A stretch of DNA of 19,868 nucleotides from a bacterium (lineage in GTDB: Bacteria > Hinthialibacterota > Hinthialibacteria > Hinthialibacterales > Hinthialibacteraceae): the NCBI GenBank assembly GCA_041946805.1, contig JBHGBC010000110.1:1-19868 (forward strand), read 5' to 3'. The notes below the pieces were generated by a model, which was given only the letters and a program-made list of their open reading frames with translations, was not told where the DNA came from and did not search any database. Of the stretch, positions 1-8,175 are shown in pieces. Both the position numbers and the translations under genes were made by a program. Numbering within the stretch: position 1 is the stretch's first letter; the number at the start of each line of letters is the position of its first letter.

Positions 1-27
1 CGGAGCCGGTCGTTCCATATGGTCTAG

Positions 28-55
28 CCCTAGCCCTCTCCCCGAGGGAGAGGGA
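28..55. repeat. REP-like palindrome, family B (CCCTCTCCC-N3-GGGAGAGGG)
   Basis: Perfect 9-bp inverted repeat 34-42/46-54 with a CCCTAG leader. Related copies at 14528-14558, 18117-18148, 18245-18279 and 18433-18473. Confidence 0.75.
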
Positions 56-242
56 ATTAGGGGGTTGATCTCCCCGGCCAGCCCGATTGAAGAGCAGCCG
101 GACACGCTTGATAAAAAGTACGTACCTGGGAGGGGGTATAAAAGCGCCCTCATCCAGGTGTGAATGGAATCCGTTTTCCTTCATCCAGCCGGATAAGCCA
201 CTGGACTTTTACCGCGACGCCTCCTGCTTGCCGGGTCCTCAA

Positions 243-3209
243 CTACACTGTGGTTTCTTCCACCGGTTCTCCGGCGGATTCCCCGACGGGCGTTGCCACG
301 GTTTCTTGCGCTCGTTGGCGCTGCCGATTTTTGTATTTCCGGGAGAACAATTTGAGCATCGTGGGCAGAAAGATGATGCAGGAGAACCAACAGGTGCACG
401 AACCCAGGGTCATCAGCACGCCCATGCTGGCGAGCCCTTTATGCGAAGCGAAGATCAGCGTGCCGAAGCCCACCACCGTGGTGAGCGTGGTGAGCGTAAG
501 AGTAGTGCCCGACGTGTACATGCTCTCTTCCACGTCGTAATTTTCCAGGTAGCGGTGCTGGAAATGCACGGCGTTGTCCACTCCGATGCCGATCAGGATG
601 GGGATGGCGAAAAAGTTGGCGAGATTGAGATTGATATCGAACAGTCCCATGATCTGCGTCATCCACACGATACCCAAAAGCAGCGTGGCTATCACGTACA
701 GGAACGAGCTGATCGACAGGAAATCCAAAAACACCAACAGACCCACCGTGCCCAGGGACATGAGCCCCACGCGGATGAACGCGTTGCGCATCAACTGGCT
801 CGATTCATACACCTGGATGGGCGTGCCCGTGACTTCCGGATCGATGGCCCGCATGGCGTCCACGAAGCGCTTCATGTGCTCGGTTTCCCAGATGTCTTCC
901 TTGGGGTAGGCCATGATCAGGTAGGTGCCGTCGTTGCCGATAAACAGGCGGTTGAACATGGGGGGCAGGATTTCCGGCGTGGGCTCCTCCGCGGCGGCCA
1001 GCCGGTGCAGCAGGCGCAGGGCGTCGCGGGGCTGCTCGAACAGCATGCGGTTGGCGTCCTGGAGCCGTTTCCGCACCGTGTCCTCCGGACCGGTGAGCAG
1101 GCTCGCGAGTTCTTTGAGTTTGGCGATCAATTGGAGTTGCTCTTCGGGAATCTCGGGGATTTCCGGCATCGGGGGCGTTTCGGGCCTCGGGGACGCCGAG
1201 GCCGGTTCGGACAGGCCGGCCGCCCCCTCCCGGGCGAGCATCTGTGCGGCCAGTTCCGGATTGTTTTTCAGCAACTCCCGCTGTTCGGGCGTCAGGGATT
1301 GCGCAAGTTGTTCCAGGGAGGGCGGGGGCGCGGAGGCGGGGGATGGTTTCGGCGCGCGGGCGGCCGCATCCGCCATGGCCCGCGCTTGCTCCCGCATTTG
1401 CTGGAGCTGGTTGACCTGCTCCGCGATCCGGTTAATGTTCCGGACCAGGGATTTAAAGAGGATGGAATTGGGATGGTACGCCGGCTCCGGACCGGTTTTG
1501 ACGAAGGCCAGCGCGTCCCGCAATGCCTGGATGGCCGCGCGCCGCTCGGGCGATACGTCTGGAAGCACGGCGGCCAGGCTGTCCACGCCGGCCACGGTGG
1601 GATGGCTCTTCAGTTGATTGACCAACTGCCGCACCTCCTCTATGGTGCGCTTCACGAAGGCGCAATACCAAGTGGAGTATTCCGATTCCTCGATCAATTT
1701 GTTCTCGTATTCGACCGATTCCAGCCCTTCCGCTTGCATCTCCAGCAGATTGTCGTTGAACCGGACATTGCCGATCTCCTCGCTCAATCCCAGCGTGGCG
1801 GTCACGATCACGGCCATGAGGGTCCGGGGATAGCGCGAGGCGTGGCGCAGCCCCATCAAGTGCAGGGGGACCGGCAGTTTTTCCCCCCGCCGGAAATGCC
1901 GGTCATGGGTCACATAAAACGCGGGCAGGGTGACCAGCATGGCCGCCAGGCAGAAAAGGATCCCGATGCCCGCCACATAGCCCAGTTCCGCCAGGCCGAG
2001 GAAGTCGGTGAACATGGCCAAGAGAAAGGCGACCGACGTGGTGACCGAGCCGGTCAGGATGCCGCTGCCCGCGCGCTGCAACGCGCCCGCCACCGCCGGG
2101 GAGGGATCGCCTTCCGCCTGCAGGCCTTCCTGATAACGGTGCAGAAAATGGATTCCGAAATCGGCGCCCAAACCGATCAGGGTAAGCGCGAACACCAGGG
2201 AGAGCAGGTTCAAATGCCCGAGCGTCAGCGCCACGAAGCCGTAGGTCCAACCCATGGCGCACAGGAGGGCGATCATGGTGTAGACGGGGCGCACCAGCTC
2301 GCGGTAGAAGATGATGTACAGCAGGGCCACTCCGAAGAACGCCAGGATGCTGGCGTTTTGCATGTCGTCGTTGGTGGTCCGCATTTCGTCCGCCTGCAGC
2401 ACGGGCCGCCCCGTCATGCCGGCGTGCACGCCGGGGAATTCCTGCTCGGTCAGCCAGATGTCCGCCCGGATGCACTTCAGGGGCTGTTCGATGACGCTCA
2501 GCGTCGAATAATCCTTGTTCGGCATCACCAGCATGAGCAGGGTTTTGCCCTTGCCCGACCAGTTATGCCGCTTTTCCACCGGCGTGGCTTTGTCCCATTC
2601 GTCCCGGATCCGGTAGAGGTCCTGGAACGCTTCGGGCGCGTGGCCCCGCAAGGCCGCGAGCACCGGTTCGAGGCTGTCCAGGTTTTCCGATGATCCGGTT
2701 TCCGTTCCCGGCCCCAAGGTCTGGACCGCGCGGGATATCTTGAGCAGGATCTCATCGATGGATTGGACCTGGAACAGGTTTTCCAGGTCCGCCCGGTTTT
2801 TCGCGAGTTCCTCCCGCAGCCGTTGGATGTCCGTCAGAGGGAAGCCGTCGAAATAGAGGGCGTAGTCCTTGGCCCAGGCGGTGTCGAACTCGTAGACGAC
2901 ATCCTTCACGTCCTCACTTTGCCGCAGCCGCGCAGCCAGGGCGTCGGCGAAGGCGACCATGCTTTCCTGAGTGGGCCCCTCGATCAAGATGTAGATGAAT
3001 TCCAGGTCCCCGAAATTCCGGACGAAGTCCATGTACCGGTGGTGGTAGGGGAGATCCTCCGACAGCAGGCGGTCCTGGTCGGTGATCATCTCCATCTGGA
3101 GGGTTCCGTAAATGCCCGCCACCGCCGCAAGCGCGAGGGAAAGGAACGAGACCGTGCGCGGATGCCGGGTGACGAGAGCATGGATGAGGGAAAAAAGAAA
3201 GGCTCTCAT
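243..3209 (-). CDS. hpnN: MMPL/RND-family transporter, HpnN-like (hopanoid-associated), about 988 aa
   Basis: Two MMPL repeats, each with a TM helix, large periplasmic loop and TM bundle. Motifs GMTGRPVLQADEM, IGLGADFGIHF, VTGTPIQVYES, NLANFFAIPILIGIGVDNAVHF and LTTLTT. Lies directly downstream of the hpnO-like gene. Start moved to ATG 3209 (MRAFLF), 17 nt after the upstream stop, to avoid overlap. Confidence 0.85.
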   Translation of the reverse strand: MRAFLFSLIHALVTRHPRTVSFLSLALAAVAGIYGTLQMEMITDQDRLLSEDLPYHHRYMDFVRNFGDLEFIYILIEGPTQESMVAFADALAARLRQSEDVKDVVYEFDTAWAKDYALYFDGFPLTDIQRLREELAKNRADLENLFQVQSIDEILLKISRAVQTLGPGTETGSSENLDSLEPVLAALRGHAPEAFQDLYRIRDEWDKATPVEKRHNWSGKGKTLLMLVMPNKDYSTLSVIEQPLKCIRADIWLTEQEFPGVHAGMTGRPVLQADEMRTTNDDMQNASILAFFGVALLYIIFYRELVRPVYTMIALLCAMGWTYGFVALTLGHLNLLSLVFALTLIGLGADFGIHFLHRYQEGLQAEGDPSPAVAGALQRAGSGILTGSVTTSVAFLLAMFTDFLGLAELGYVAGIGILFCLAAMLVTLPAFYVTHDRHFRRGEKLPVPLHLMGLRHASRYPRTLMAVIVTATLGLSEEIGNVRFNDNLLEMQAEGLESVEYENKLIEESEYSTWYCAFVKRTIEEVRQLVNQLKSHPTVAGVDSLAAVLPDVSPERRAAIQALRDALAFVKTGPEPAYHPNSILFKSLVRNINRIAEQVNQLQQMREQARAMADAAARAPKPSPASAPPPSLEQLAQSLTPEQRELLKNNPELAAQMLAREGAAGLSEPASASPRPETPPMPEIPEIPEEQLQLIAKLKELASLLTGPEDTVRKRLQDANRMLFEQPRDALRLLHRLAAAEEPTPEILPPMFNRLFIGNDGTYLIMAYPKEDIWETEHMKRFVDAMRAIDPEVTGTPIQVYESSQLMRNAFIRVGLMSLGTVGLLVFLDFLSISSFLYVIATLLLGIVWMTQIMGLFDINLNLANFFAIPILIGIGVDNAVHFQHRYLENYDVEESMYTSGTTLTLTTLTTVVGFGTLIFASHKGLASMGVLMTLGSCTCWFSCIIFLPTMLKLFSRKYKNRQRQRAQETVATPVGESAGEPVEETTV

Positions 3210-3226
3210 GTGTTCAACAAAGTTGC

Positions 3227-4636
3227 TCAGTGGGATTCGCGCGCGAACAGGCGCTGCCGGACCGCGGCCCCGGCCAGCTGCTTGCCCACGGACCAGACCG
3301 GCCCGGGAAAGCGGCTGCATTCCCGCATGACTTCGTCCAGGGCCGAGACGATGCGGTCCACCTCTTCATCCGTGATGATGAACGGCGGCAGGAATTTCAC
3401 TACTTCCTGATGATGGCCCGCCACCTGGGTGAGGATGCGGTGGGTCTGGTACAGGCGCATGACCACCGCCTGGGCGAACAGCCCGTTCTGGGCGGCGTGC
3501 AGCAGGGTCCAGGCCGGTTTCAGGCGCAGGGATTGCGGGGGACCGAACTCGACGCCCACCATCAATCCTTTGCCCCGCGTGTCATGGATCAGTTCGTGCT
3601 GCGTTTGCAGATTCCGCAGTCCGGCCAGCAGCCGTTCCCCCTGGCGGGCCGACCGCTCGATCAGGTTCTCTTCCTCCAGCACATGCAACGCCGCCAGGCC
3701 GGCCACCATGGCCAGGGCGTTCTGCCCGAAGGTGCTCGAATGCACCACGCAGCGGTCCAGCCGGCTGAACACGCCGCGGTATACCTCGTCCGAGTAGAGG
3801 ATCGCCCCGGCGGGAATCAGGCCGCCGCTCAACGCCTTGGCGCAGACCAGGATGTCCGGCTCGAGGTCCCAATGCTGGCAGGCCCACCAGCGTCCCGTGC
3901 GCCCCAGGCCGGACTGGATTTCATCCACCACGAACAACGTCCCGTTTTCGCGGCAGAGCCTCTGGAGCGTAGGATAAACCTGGTCATCCGAGGGAAAGTA
4001 GACGCCCTTGCCCCGGATCGGTTCGAGCACCACCGCCGCGATGTTCTTTTTCTTCAACTCGTATTCCAGGGCTTCCAGGCTGGCCCAATCCACCCGTTCC
4101 GTCCCTGGCAACAAATCTCCGAATCCTTCGCGGAACGATTCATCGCCGTTAAGCGCCAACGATCCGGTGGACAATCCGTGGAACGCGCCCTGGCTGAAGA
4201 GAATGCGGGGGCGGCCGGTAGCCCCCCGCGCGAACTTGATCGCCCCTTCCACCGCCTCGGTGCCCGAATTGGTGAAAAAAACGTGTTGCAGGCGCTTCCC
4301 CGGCGCGATACGGATCAGCCTCTCCGCCAGCATCCCGCTCAATACGAAAGTGTCCATCTGCACCAGATTGGCCAGGTCCAGCTGCAGGGCCTGCTCGATC
4401 GCGGCGCGCACGGTAGGATGGTTGCGGCCCATCCCGAAGACACCGTACCCGCTCAGGCCGTCGAAAATGGTCCGGCCGTCCAGAGTGGTCAGATAACAAC
4501 CCTGCCCGCGGGTGTACTCATGGGCGAAGCCGATCATGTCCAGGACATTGGAAAAGACCGGATTGACGTATTTTTCATGCAGCGCCCGGGCTTGCCCCTC
4601 GTAGGGGCTCATCAAGGTTTTCAGGTCAAAGGTCAT
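3227..4636 (-). CDS. hpnO: Class III PLP aminotransferase, HpnO-like (aminobacteriohopanetriol synthesis)
   Basis: Motifs FFTNSGTEAVEGAIKFAR, FHG, EPIRGKG, DEIQSGLGRTG and AKALSGG (PLP Lys). Also segments I recognise as HpnO-type: NLVQMD, VVHSSTFGQN, GVEFGPPQSLRLKPAW, GLFAQ and ILTQVAGH. Start is ATG 4636 (MTFDL); ATG 4654 is an alternative. Confidence 0.85.
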   Translation of the reverse strand: MTFDLKTLMSPYEGQARALHEKYVNPVFSNVLDMIGFAHEYTRGQGCYLTTLDGRTIFDGLSGYGVFGMGRNHPTVRAAIEQALQLDLANLVQMDTFVLSGMLAERLIRIAPGKRLQHVFFTNSGTEAVEGAIKFARGATGRPRILFSQGAFHGLSTGSLALNGDESFREGFGDLLPGTERVDWASLEALEYELKKKNIAAVVLEPIRGKGVYFPSDDQVYPTLQRLCRENGTLFVVDEIQSGLGRTGRWWACQHWDLEPDILVCAKALSGGLIPAGAILYSDEVYRGVFSRLDRCVVHSSTFGQNALAMVAGLAALHVLEEENLIERSARQGERLLAGLRNLQTQHELIHDTRGKGLMVGVEFGPPQSLRLKPAWTLLHAAQNGLFAQAVVMRLYQTHRILTQVAGHHQEVVKFLPPFIITDEEVDRIVSALDEVMRECSRFPGPVWSVGKQLAGAAVRQRLFARESH

Positions 4637-4771
4637 CGGCGTTTCCGAGATCATTCGGGACAGGCAGTCAGGATGTATATTTCCGTGGCCGGCTTGGAGA
4701 TGGGGATCCACGCGCGGCCGACCGGGTATTTTACCTCCGGATCGCGCGGGGGTAACCGCTGCCCACGGATT

Positions 4772-4993
4772 TCACGAGGGGATGGGAATGTTGTGGCGTT
4801 TCATGACCTCCCGCCAATCCGCTTCGCTCATCTCTTCCGATTCCTCGATGAGCATAACCGGGATGTCATCCTGGATGGGATAGCGTTTCCGGGTTTTGGG
4901 ATCGGTGGACACGATCCAGTCCCCATCCTGCACCACCGGCGCCTTGGACAAGGGACAGGCCATGATTTCCAAGAGTTTTTCGCTGATCGGCAT
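4772..4993 (-). CDS. Trm112/YcaR (UPF0434) family protein
   Basis: 73 aa with the Trm112-like signature LLEIMACPLSK...YPIQDDIPVML. Confidence 0.85.
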   Translation of the reverse strand: MPISEKLLEIMACPLSKAPVVQDGDWIVSTDPKTRKRYPIQDDIPVMLIEESEEMSEADWREVMKRHNIPIPS

Positions 4994-5013
4994 GGTTTAG
5001 TTACCCTGTTTGG

Positions 5014-5069
5014 ATTGTATGGAAACGTGATCGCGCCTTCAGGATGAAAGATTTCCGGCGTGAGGTCAA
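5014..5069 (-). promoter_or_regulatory. Candidate tandem sigma70-like promoters for the Trm112-hpnO-hpnN unit
   Basis: On the minus strand: TTGACC(5069-5064)-N17-CATCCT(5046-5041) and CTGAAG(5042-5037)-N17-TACAAT(5019-5014), ending 20 nt upstream of ATG 4993. Confidence 0.4.
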
Positions 5070-5121
5070 GATCGGCTTTCCCGGGGACGGGTTGGGCAAG
5101 GGGGCTGGGAAACGGTTTCGT

Positions 5122-6201
5122 CTAGCGGAGCCACTCCTCCCGGCCCCGGGCCACGAACTCGTCATCGTTGAGATGCGGATAGGCGCGGTACACGCGGCCG
5201 ATTTCCTCCATTTGCCCGGGGGACAGGTCCTCGGCGGGATCGAGGCACCAGCGCCCTCGCATCAGCCCTTGCCGCCGGAGCACCTCGTGAAGCCCCGCGA
5301 TGCATCCGGCGAAACCCCGCGCCGCGTCGAAAAAGGCGGCGTTGCAGTCGGTCACCTGCGCCGCCAAGGTCAGCATCTTCCGGGGGACCGGTTTCGCGAA
5401 CCGCACCAGATCCTGCGCTTGTTCCAGCTGCTCCACCGCCCGCCGCGTCCACACCGCCCAATGGCCCAGCAATCCGCCCGCCACGCGCAGCCGGACCGGC
5501 CGGCCGTTCACGGGAAACTCGAAGACTGTCAGCAGGTCGGCCAGGATCGCGTCGTCATTGCCTGTATACAGGGCGATTTCCTCCGCCCGGCCCGATTCCG
5601 CCACCGCCCGGATCACGTCGAGGGTCTGGTAGCGGTTGAACGGCGCGATTTTGACCGCCACCACCGCGGGAATATCGAACAACCGCCGCCAGAACGAAAA
5701 ATCCAGCACGCGGCCGCCCACCGTAGGCTGCAGGTAAAAGCCCATGACCGGAATGATCTCCGCCACCGCCCGCGCGTGGCCGATCATTTCCTCCACGCTC
5801 GCGTCCTGGAACGCCCCCAGGCTGAGCAGCCCGAGGTGGTACCCCAAATCCCGGGCCAGCGCGGCCTCGGCCGTGGCCTGGGGGGTGCGCCCGCAAATCC
5901 CGGCGATGCGCAGGATGGAAACCCCGGGGTGGGCCGCCTCATGCTCCGCGATGGTCTCGGCGGCCAGTTCGAGCACCGGCTGGAGCAGCCCGATTTTCGG
6001 ATCGCGGATCTGAAACTGGGTGGTGTGCACGCCGACGGCCAGACCTCCGGCCCCGGCGGCGAGATAATAACGCGACAAGGCCCGTTGATGCTTTTCGTCG
6101 AATTTCCGTTCGGCCGTCAACGCCAGGGGATGCGCGGGAATCACGCACCCCTCGCGCAAGCGTTCAGCCACCGGGGGGGGCAAGAGGGGAGTGGGGGGCA
6201 T
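5122..6201 (-). CDS. Dihydrodipicolinate synthase (DHDPS/NAL) family class I aldolase/lyase
   Basis: Motifs VIPAHPLAL, GLAVGVHTTQF, GFYLQ (Tyr), VAVKIAPF (Schiff-base Lys) and YTGNDD. GAGG RBS upstream of ATG 6201. Confidence 0.85.
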   Translation of the reverse strand: MPPTPLLPPPVAERLREGCVIPAHPLALTAERKFDEKHQRALSRYYLAAGAGGLAVGVHTTQFQIRDPKIGLLQPVLELAAETIAEHEAAHPGVSILRIAGICGRTPQATAEAALARDLGYHLGLLSLGAFQDASVEEMIGHARAVAEIIPVMGFYLQPTVGGRVLDFSFWRRLFDIPAVVAVKIAPFNRYQTLDVIRAVAESGRAEEIALYTGNDDAILADLLTVFEFPVNGRPVRLRVAGGLLGHWAVWTRRAVEQLEQAQDLVRFAKPVPRKMLTLAAQVTDCNAAFFDAARGFAGCIAGLHEVLRRQGLMRGRWCLDPAEDLSPGQMEEIGRVYRAYPHLNDDEFVARGREEWLR

Positions 6202-6246
6202 ATCAGTCTATCCTCACGGGATTGAATTGAGCTGAAAACTCATCAA

Positions 6247-6891
6247 TCATGGCACACATTCCAGAAATTCAACAAACGGCTTAAAACACTGCTGGCAAGC
6301 TTCCGCGATATCCCAATAGTTGCATTTTTTCAGAATCAACGGCGCGTCTATAACCTGGTTGTATTGATTACCCGATTTCTGAAACAATTTCTCTACGATC
6401 TTTTTGGGGGGATTCTCATGATTTTGGTCTTCGACCGGAATTGTCCATTGCCGTTTCAGGGATTTCATTCCCAAGAACTTCCGCCGTTCGTCTTCGGCGG
6501 CCAACAGCAAAGCCTCCAGGTCATATTTAAAACAAAACACTTTTAGCCGCGGAAGGAAGGATTTTTCATCCTTTACTTTTTTCTGATGCAATATCTCCAA
6601 AAAATTCCGCTGGATACCCTCGAACAATTCTTTGGCTGTGGAATGGGTAAACGCCACGTTGGGCGGATACAAATCGGGGATGACCACGACCATGGCATCG
6701 GGATCATTAAGAATAATATTTACGGCTTTTTGAGGCACTTTCGTCCATAGATTTTTCTTTTTATGCCCTGCTGGTGAGACGAAAAAGTCAATTTGGACGC
6801 CTTGTTGCCGTTTTTGTTGAATCAAGGGATCCAATAAACTTTTCATGGATACCCGGTCCGATTCTCCCTCCACATAAACCAAAACCTTCAT
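6247..6891 (-). CDS. DUF4276-like protein, probable TOPRIM/RloB-like nuclease
   Basis: 214 aa with N-terminal VYVEGESD, then VIPDLYP, YDLEALLLA, a VEDQNHENPPK segment and a C-terminal CQQCFKPF. Its ATG overlaps the ATPase stop (ATGA, 6888-6891). Confidence 0.75.
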   Translation of the reverse strand: MKVLVYVEGESDRVSMKSLLDPLIQQKRQQGVQIDFFVSPAGHKKKNLWTKVPQKAVNIILNDPDAMVVVIPDLYPPNVAFTHSTAKELFEGIQRNFLEILHQKKVKDEKSFLPRLKVFCFKYDLEALLLAAEDERRKFLGMKSLKRQWTIPVEDQNHENPPKKIVEKLFQKSGNQYNQVIDAPLILKKCNYWDIAEACQQCFKPFVEFLECVP

Positions 6892-8087
6892 GCGATTTTC
6901 TCCAATTCATCGCTTTTGTGCATGATTTCGATTTCTTCTTGGCCAAAATCGGCCAGATTGTCGCAGAGGGTTTTGGAATTCTTCGGCTTCCGGAATACCG
7001 TTTCCCCATTCTCTTTCCGGAACACGGCGATCCGGGATATATCAAATTGCATGAGAAAGTAGGAAGCGTGGGTCGCTAAAAAAAGTTGGGTTTTTTGGCA
7101 CGCTTTCTCGAACAATCCGGCTAACAAGGGCAGGGTGCGGGGATGGACGCCTTGATCCGGCTCGTCGATGCATATCAAGGTCGGAGGATTGGGATGGATA
7201 CACAAGACCATCCAACAAATGAGCCGTAAAACCCCATCCGATAAATCCGCGAGACTCAATTCATTCCCGACGCCTTCCTCCTGGCAGAAGGCGATCACTT
7301 CCCCCGGTCCCCCGCGCGCCTTGACCGTCAAGGACTTGAATCCCGGGATGGCGGTCCTTAAATGCTGTTGCAAGTCATCGAGTAGAACAGGATGTTCAGT
7401 CATTAAATAATGTAATACCGAGCTGAGATTTCCCGCATCCTCATGCAGAACAGGTTCCTGTTCAATGGGAACCGACTTGCGTATCTTGTCATTGGCAATG
7501 TTGAAGGAGCTGTAAAATCTCCAATTACGAATGTATTCCCGCAAATTGTACAAGGTCGCCATCATCGGATTGCTGATGGTGCTCAACGCCAGCTGATTGG
7601 GACGCTTCAATTCAATATTTTGTTTAGCAAACCTTTTTATTTCGGGATCTTGGATTACACCTTGGCGTTCGCGAATATTCATGAAGCGGTATGATGTTTT
7701 ATGATCCTTGAAGGGCTTAGCATAAATCACCCGTTCGAAAGAAATATGAGTCCGCCCAACCGGCCCCATGAGTTCTCCCTGATAACGGACGGGGTTGATC
7801 TCGCCCGTCTCTTTGATTTTAAATCCGGTATCTATATCAATGCTCCACCAAAACCGCTGCGGTCAGGGAACATGAAAAATCTGCTGTCCGATGGATCCGG
7901 CTATGATCTCGGGAGGGATATCCACGTGCACACTGTCGCGGAGAAATTTAAGAAACTCGAACAGGCTCGATTTTCCGGAACCGTTCGCTCCCACCAGAAC
8001 CTCCAATGCGTCAAAATGAGCGGAAAAATCCCGGAAGGGACGGTAGCCTTGAATTCGCACCGATTGGATTTTTGATTGCGGCAACAT
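6888..8087 (-). pseudogene. ABC/AAA_21-type ATPase (399 codons) interrupted by one in-frame TGA at 7863-7865
   Basis: ORFs 7863..8138 and 6888..7769 share a frame and the 31 codons between them are open (HVP*PQRFWWSIDIDTGFKIKETGEINPVRYQGELMGP). Walker A GANGSGKS lies before the stop; signature LSDG, Walker B ICIDEPD and H-loop ATH lie after it. Start is ATG 8087 with AAGG upstream. Confidence 0.85.
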
Positions 8088-8108
8088 TTTTACCTTGACT
8101 TCAAAATT

Positions 8109-8143
8109 GCAGGGTGGGTTGGGAGAAGCGAAACCCATCCTGC
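8109..8143. repeat. GTAG-type REP-like hairpin, possibly also the glgC terminator
   Basis: GCAGGGTGGGTT-N11-AACCCATCCTGC forms a 12-bp stem with one G-T pair. The loop contains GAAGCG, as in the element at 18485-18517. Confidence 0.6.
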
Positions 8144-8175
8144 TTCGAACTTATTTCCATTCTCATTACCCCCCC

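Noticed and set aside
1..18. Possible minus-strand gene start (ATG at 18, MERPAP) continuing the hpn unit
   Set aside because: Only six codons are visible, with no clear RBS, so it cannot be supported.
87..2693. 868-aa plus-strand ORF
   Set aside because: Antisense shadow of hpnN with no recognisable motifs and an H/Q/R/G-rich composition. Long antisense ORFs are expected opposite GC-rich genes.
3230..6225. 605-aa and 393-aa plus-strand ORFs that appear to abut like an operon
   Set aside because: They are antisense to hpnO, Trm112 and the DHDPS gene, all with clear family motifs, and have no domain signal of their own.
6220..6248. Integron attC site at the cassette end
   Set aside because: The palindrome has bulges but lacks the RYYYAAC/GTTRRRY core ends and is too short. 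No integrase is present.
7863..7865. Selenocysteine or alternative genetic code as the explanation of the in-frame TGA
   Set aside because: No convincing SECIS-like stem follows the codon and the position is not a catalytic Cys context. TGA is a true stop for several neighbouring genes.
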